From Candidatus Electronema halotolerans (lineage in GTDB: Bacteria; Desulfobacterota; Desulfobulbia; Desulfobulbales; Desulfobulbaceae), in contig OW818675.1 of assembly GCA_942493095.1 (NCBI GenBank), positions 2,790,001 through 2,822,000 of the forward strand: a stretch of 32,000 nt of DNA, written 5' to 3'. The position numbers were made by a program, and so were the translations under genes. Below the pieces are notes generated by a model, which was not told where the DNA came from, made no database searches, and worked only from the letters and a program-made list of their open reading frames with translations. Positions 28,767 to 32,000 of this stretch are shown here, piece after piece. The first letter of the stretch is position 1. The number at the start of each line of letters is the position of its first letter.

Positions 28767-30296
28767 ATGCGTTTTCCCATTCTGCTGATCACAGTCGCAG
28801 TTCTCCTGCTGCCGCCCCTGTCCTGCACCGCCGCCTGTCTGTCCGGCGACTGCCGCAACGGGACCGGCAGGCTGCGCAGCGCGGATGGACGCGAATATGA
28901 AGGAGAATTTAAAAACGGCTTTCTCTGGGGCAAAGGTGCTCTGACCACGGCTGACGGGCTGCGCTACACTGGTCAGTTTGTCAAAGGCCGCTTTCAGGGT
29001 CTGGGCACCTTGAAGAGTAAGGACGGCAGAACCTATCAGGGCCAGTTCGCACGCGGGGTGATCAACGGGCATGGCAGGCTGGTCGAGCCGGACGGACGCA
29101 TCTATCAGGGCGAATTTGTCATGGGCCGTTTTCATGGCCAAGGAGTCCTGAAGTGGCCGGACGGGCGCAAATATGCAGGCAGCTTTCGGGACGGCCAGCC
29201 TTATGGCCGGGGCAGAATGACCCTGCCGGACGGCAGTTTTTATGAAGGCAATTTCGAGGAAGGCAGGCCGGTCGGCGAAATTGTCCGCCGTTATGCGGAC
29301 GGCAGCTTGTACCGGGGCAGCCTTGTCGCAGGTCTGCGGGAGGGAAAAGGCTTTCTCAAGCTGCCGGATGGCGGCCGCTATGCTGGGTTTTTTCATAAAG
29401 ACAAGTATGAAGGTCAAGGCCGCCTGACTGCGGCGGATGGCCGGGTCCTCTATGAAGGTGAGTTCCACCTTGGCAAGCCAACGGCCCGGCGGCGGCCAGT
29501 TCAACCGCCAAAAGCGGCGGCGGCGCAGAAACCTGCTGATGCAGCCAGCATCAAAATTGCCCCCTTGACCGCCGTGGATGGCGAGCCAATGCTGGCCGAG
29601 CCGCTGCATGACACTCCGGCCCCAGCTCCGCCTGCGCCGAAGATCAGCAGTCCGCCTCAGGCAGGCCAGAAAAAACTCTTCTTTGCCCAAAACGGCTTGA
29701 TTTATCTGCGGGAAAACAATCAGCCTGCGCTCTTCACCGGCACAGCGGACATTGAGCGGTCAGATGGCTCCTTGTATCAGGGCGAGATCAAACAGGGCCG
29801 CTTGCAGGGCTGGGGCACTCTCCAGCTGCCCAACCGCGAAATTTATGAAGGCGAATTCAAGAACGGCGAATTTGACGGTCAGGGCACCTATGTTTTTGCC
29901 GACGGCAGGCAGTACACTGGCTCCTTCCGGCATGGCGCACGGGAGGGACATGGTCTGCTGACCTATCCAGACGGCTCCTCTTATGAAGGCGATTTTGCCA
30001 AAGACGTGTATGAAGGCAAAGGCACCTATATTTTCCCGGACGGCAGCAAGTATGTCGGCGAGCTGTCTGGCGGCTTTTTCTCCGGCCAAGGCACGCTGAC
30101 CTATAAGAACGGAAAAAAATACACGGGGTCTTTTCAACATGATCTGCCCAATGGCCAAGGAACCCTGATCATGCCGGACGGCAGTGTCTATAAAGGCATG
30201 TTCAAGGCTGGCAAACGCAACGGCAAGGGTGCTGTCACCCAGCCGGACGGGCGGGTGGTCAGGGGCCTGTTCAAGAATGACGAACTTGTCAAATAA
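28767..30296 (+). CDS. Secreted MORN-repeat protein
   Basis: Signal-peptide-like start MRFPILLITVAVLLLPPLSCTAA; about 9 + 7 repeats with 23-aa period (xxYxGxFxxGxxxGxGxxxxxDG) separated by a Pro/Ala-rich linker. Confidence 0.92.
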   Translation: MRFPILLITVAVLLLPPLSCTAACLSGDCRNGTGRLRSADGREYEGEFKNGFLWGKGALTTADGLRYTGQFVKGRFQGLGTLKSKDGRTYQGQFARGVINGHGRLVEPDGRIYQGEFVMGRFHGQGVLKWPDGRKYAGSFRDGQPYGRGRMTLPDGSFYEGNFEEGRPVGEIVRRYADGSLYRGSLVAGLREGKGFLKLPDGGRYAGFFHKDKYEGQGRLTAADGRVLYEGEFHLGKPTARRRPVQPPKAAAAQKPADAASIKIAPLTAVDGEPMLAEPLHDTPAPAPPAPKISSPPQAGQKKLFFAQNGLIYLRENNQPALFTGTADIERSDGSLYQGEIKQGRLQGWGTLQLPNREIYEGEFKNGEFDGQGTYVFADGRQYTGSFRHGAREGHGLLTYPDGSSYEGDFAKDVYEGKGTYIFPDGSKYVGELSGGFFSGQGTLTYKNGKKYTGSFQHDLPNGQGTLIMPDGSVYKGMFKAGKRNGKGAVTQPDGRVVRGLFKNDELVK

Positions 30297-30314
30297 CAAC
30301 AGGAATAACATATC

Positions 30315-30608
30315 GTGCAATGGCAATATAAAACTATCCTTATTGAATTCCAGAAGGACGGGCTGCTGGGCGACAAGTACATTGATGAGGATGAGACCGA
30401 GGCGGCACTCAATGCCGAAGGCCGACACGGCTGGGAGCTGGTGACTGCGACCTTGGTCCCGGAGGGAATGCTGCTCTTCTGCAAGAAGGAGCTGCTGCCC
30501 GGCGAGGAGCCGGACAGCATGACGGAAGAGGAGGCGGAGGCTGAAGAAGATGAAGAGGAGCTGCCAGAGGATGACAGCAGCGGTCTTGGCAGCATCAAAA
30601 TTTTTTGA
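30315..30608 (+). CDS. DUF4177-like small protein with acidic C-terminal tail
   Basis: MQWQYKTILIEFQ...LNAEGRHGWELVTATLV, followed by EEEAEAEEDEEELPEDD. Confidence 0.6.
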   Translation: MQWQYKTILIEFQKDGLLGDKYIDEDETEAALNAEGRHGWELVTATLVPEGMLLFCKKELLPGEEPDSMTEEEAEAEEDEEELPEDDSSGLGSIKIF

Positions 30609-30623
30609 GCTGGGAATGATGCG

Positions 30624-31676
30624 GTGAGCTTTTACGTCTTCAAGCGCATTCTTCTCATGATTCCGACTCTGTTCGGCATCATGCTGATCACCTTTGCCGT
30701 CACCCAGTTTGTGCCGGGCGGGCCAGTGGAAAAAATGGTCGCCCAGCTGGAGCACCGGGGCGGCGAGGCGGCGGGCGGCAGTGCCGGAGTCTATCAGGGC
30801 AAGCAGGGCTTGGATCAGGAGCGCATTGAGCAGCTGAGAAAGCTCTACGGCTTTGACCAGCCGCCAGTGCAGCGTTTTTTCAAGATGATGGCTTCGTACT
30901 TGGTCTTTGATTTTGGTGAATCCTATTATCACCAGAAGGATGTGACCGAGCTGGTCATTTCCAAGCTGCCCGTGTCCATGTCGCTTGGTCTCTGGTCCTT
31001 TTTCATTGTCTATTCAGTCTGCATTCCGCTCGGCATCCGCAAGGCAGTGCAGGACGGCTCCCGTTTTGATGTCTTCACCAGCAGCGTCATTCTGGTCGGC
31101 TATGCTGTTCCCGGCTTTGTGCTCGGACTGGCCCTGATTGTCCTCTTTGGCGGCGGCAGCTTCTGGAACATTTTTCCGCTGCGCGGCTTGGTCTCAGATA
31201 ACTGGCAGCAGCTCAGTTGCACCGGCAAAATATTGGATTATCTTTGGCATATCGTCCTGCCAGTCACAGCCTCGACAGTGGGCAGCCTGGCCGTGATGAC
31301 CCTGCTGACCAAGAATTCCTTTTTGGAAGAAATCCGCAAGCAATATGTGCTGACTGCCCGTGCCAAGGGTCTGAGTGAACGGCAGGTGCTGTACGGCCAT
31401 GTCTTCCGCAATGCGATCATTCCAATCATCACCGGCTTTCCCGGCTCCTTCATCACCGCCTTTTTCACTGGCAGCCTGCTGATTGAGACCATTTTTTCCT
31501 TGGACGGCATGGGCCTGCTGGCCTACGAGTCAGTGCTCAACCGCGACTATCCAGTTGTGCTCGGCACCTTGTATTTTTTCACCATCCTTGGCCTGATATC
31601 CCGGCTTCTTTCAGACCTCAGCTATGTCTGGGCCGATCCGAGGATCAGCTTTGACAGCTTGGAGCGGCGCAGATGA
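30624..31676 (+). CDS. yejB: ABC transporter permease, YejB/DppB-like
   Basis: VFKRILLMIPTLFGIMLITFAVTQFVPGGPVE...KQYVLTARAKGLSERQVLYGHVFRNAIIPIITGFPGSFITAFFTGSLLIETIFSLDGMGLL. Confidence 0.82.
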   Translation: MSFYVFKRILLMIPTLFGIMLITFAVTQFVPGGPVEKMVAQLEHRGGEAAGGSAGVYQGKQGLDQERIEQLRKLYGFDQPPVQRFFKMMASYLVFDFGESYYHQKDVTELVISKLPVSMSLGLWSFFIVYSVCIPLGIRKAVQDGSRFDVFTSSVILVGYAVPGFVLGLALIVLFGGGSFWNIFPLRGLVSDNWQQLSCTGKILDYLWHIVLPVTASTVGSLAVMTLLTKNSFLEEIRKQYVLTARAKGLSERQVLYGHVFRNAIIPIITGFPGSFITAFFTGSLLIETIFSLDGMGLLAYESVLNRDYPVVLGTLYFFTILGLISRLLSDLSYVWADPRISFDSLERRR

Positions 31677-32000
31677 AACGAATTGACATGTTCAGGAACG
31701 TGGCGGCAGCAGGTCTTGTCCTGATTCTGCTACTTTCCAGCGCAGGACAATCAGCGGCGAACAGCATTTCACGGGAGGAACTGCTACAGATGCTCACCAC
31801 TGAGACAGATGTTGATCCGATTCAACTCCGTGCGCTGCCTGCGGAAAATTTTCAGGAGCAGGAGCAGGGCCAGGCTGTGGGCCGGGTGCAGTGGGTGCAG
31901 GGAGCGGTTATTTTTATTCCCAAGGGCGGCTACAGCGCCTATCATTTAAATAAAAGCGTGCCTGTGGCAGTGCATGACGGCGACACGCTCATCACAGCCA
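31673..32000 (+). CDS. Secreted protein of unknown family (3' end outside the window)
   Basis: ATG overlaps the yejB stop; MKRIDMFRNVAAAGLVLILLLSSAGQSAANSISREELLQMLTTETDVDPIQLRALP... open to the window edge; VQWVQGAVIFIPKGGYSAYHLNKSVPVAVHDGDTLIT is possibly FecR-like. Confidence 0.6.
   Translation, partial: MKRIDMFRNVAAAGLVLILLLSSAGQSAANSISREELLQMLTTETDVDPIQLRALPAENFQEQEQGQAVGRVQWVQGAVIFIPKGGYSAYHLNKSVPVAVHDGDTLITA

Noticed and set aside
28095-29690. 531-aa minus-strand ORF
   Set aside because: Antisense to roadblock-like and MORN genes; its apparent repetitiveness is inherited from the MORN repeats.
28767-30296. DNA-level tandem repeat or CRISPR-like array
   Set aside because: Periodicity is 69 bp and reflects the 23-aa MORN protein repeat; nucleotide units are divergent and there are no spacers.
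29760-30932. 390-aa minus-strand ORF
   Set aside because: Antisense to three well-supported plus-strand genes (MORN, DUF4177-like, permease).

Overview
The window shows a bacterial chromosomal segment with a deltaproteobacterial/Desulfobulbales-like feel (taxonomy is inference only). Genes run mostly on the minus strand from 1 to about 25.9 kb and on the plus strand from about 26.1 kb onward. From left to right: (1) a surface-polysaccharide-like locus with three DUF3131 paralogues, a pentapeptide-repeat protein, a cellulose-synthase-like GT2 and an acyltransferase-3; (2) an orphan outer-membrane-like protein, the GTPase Der and a HAD-fold protein; (3) the main finding, one very large gene (about 2,045 codons when reconstructed, minus strand, 21812 down to 12687) with a Cap4/DUF4297-like PD-(D/E)XK N-terminus, a STAND/NACHT-type P-loop NTPase (GPPGTGKST ... 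LLVIDGLDH) and a long helical-repeat-like C-terminus. This is the layout of an Avs-type (antiviral STAND) defence protein. It has been hit by two independent insertions of the same 1,486-bp IS66-family element (each with its own perfect 8-bp target duplication and GTAA-starting terminal inverted repeats) and also carries one in-frame TAG. Removing each element plus one target-duplication copy restores a single reading frame; (4) a fused membrane/spermidine-synthase-like protein, a CvpA-like protein, PPK2, ArgJ, two roadblock-like proteins, a 16-17-repeat MORN protein, a DUF4177-like protein and a YejB/DppB-like permease. No CRISPR array, tRNA or rRNA was recognised.
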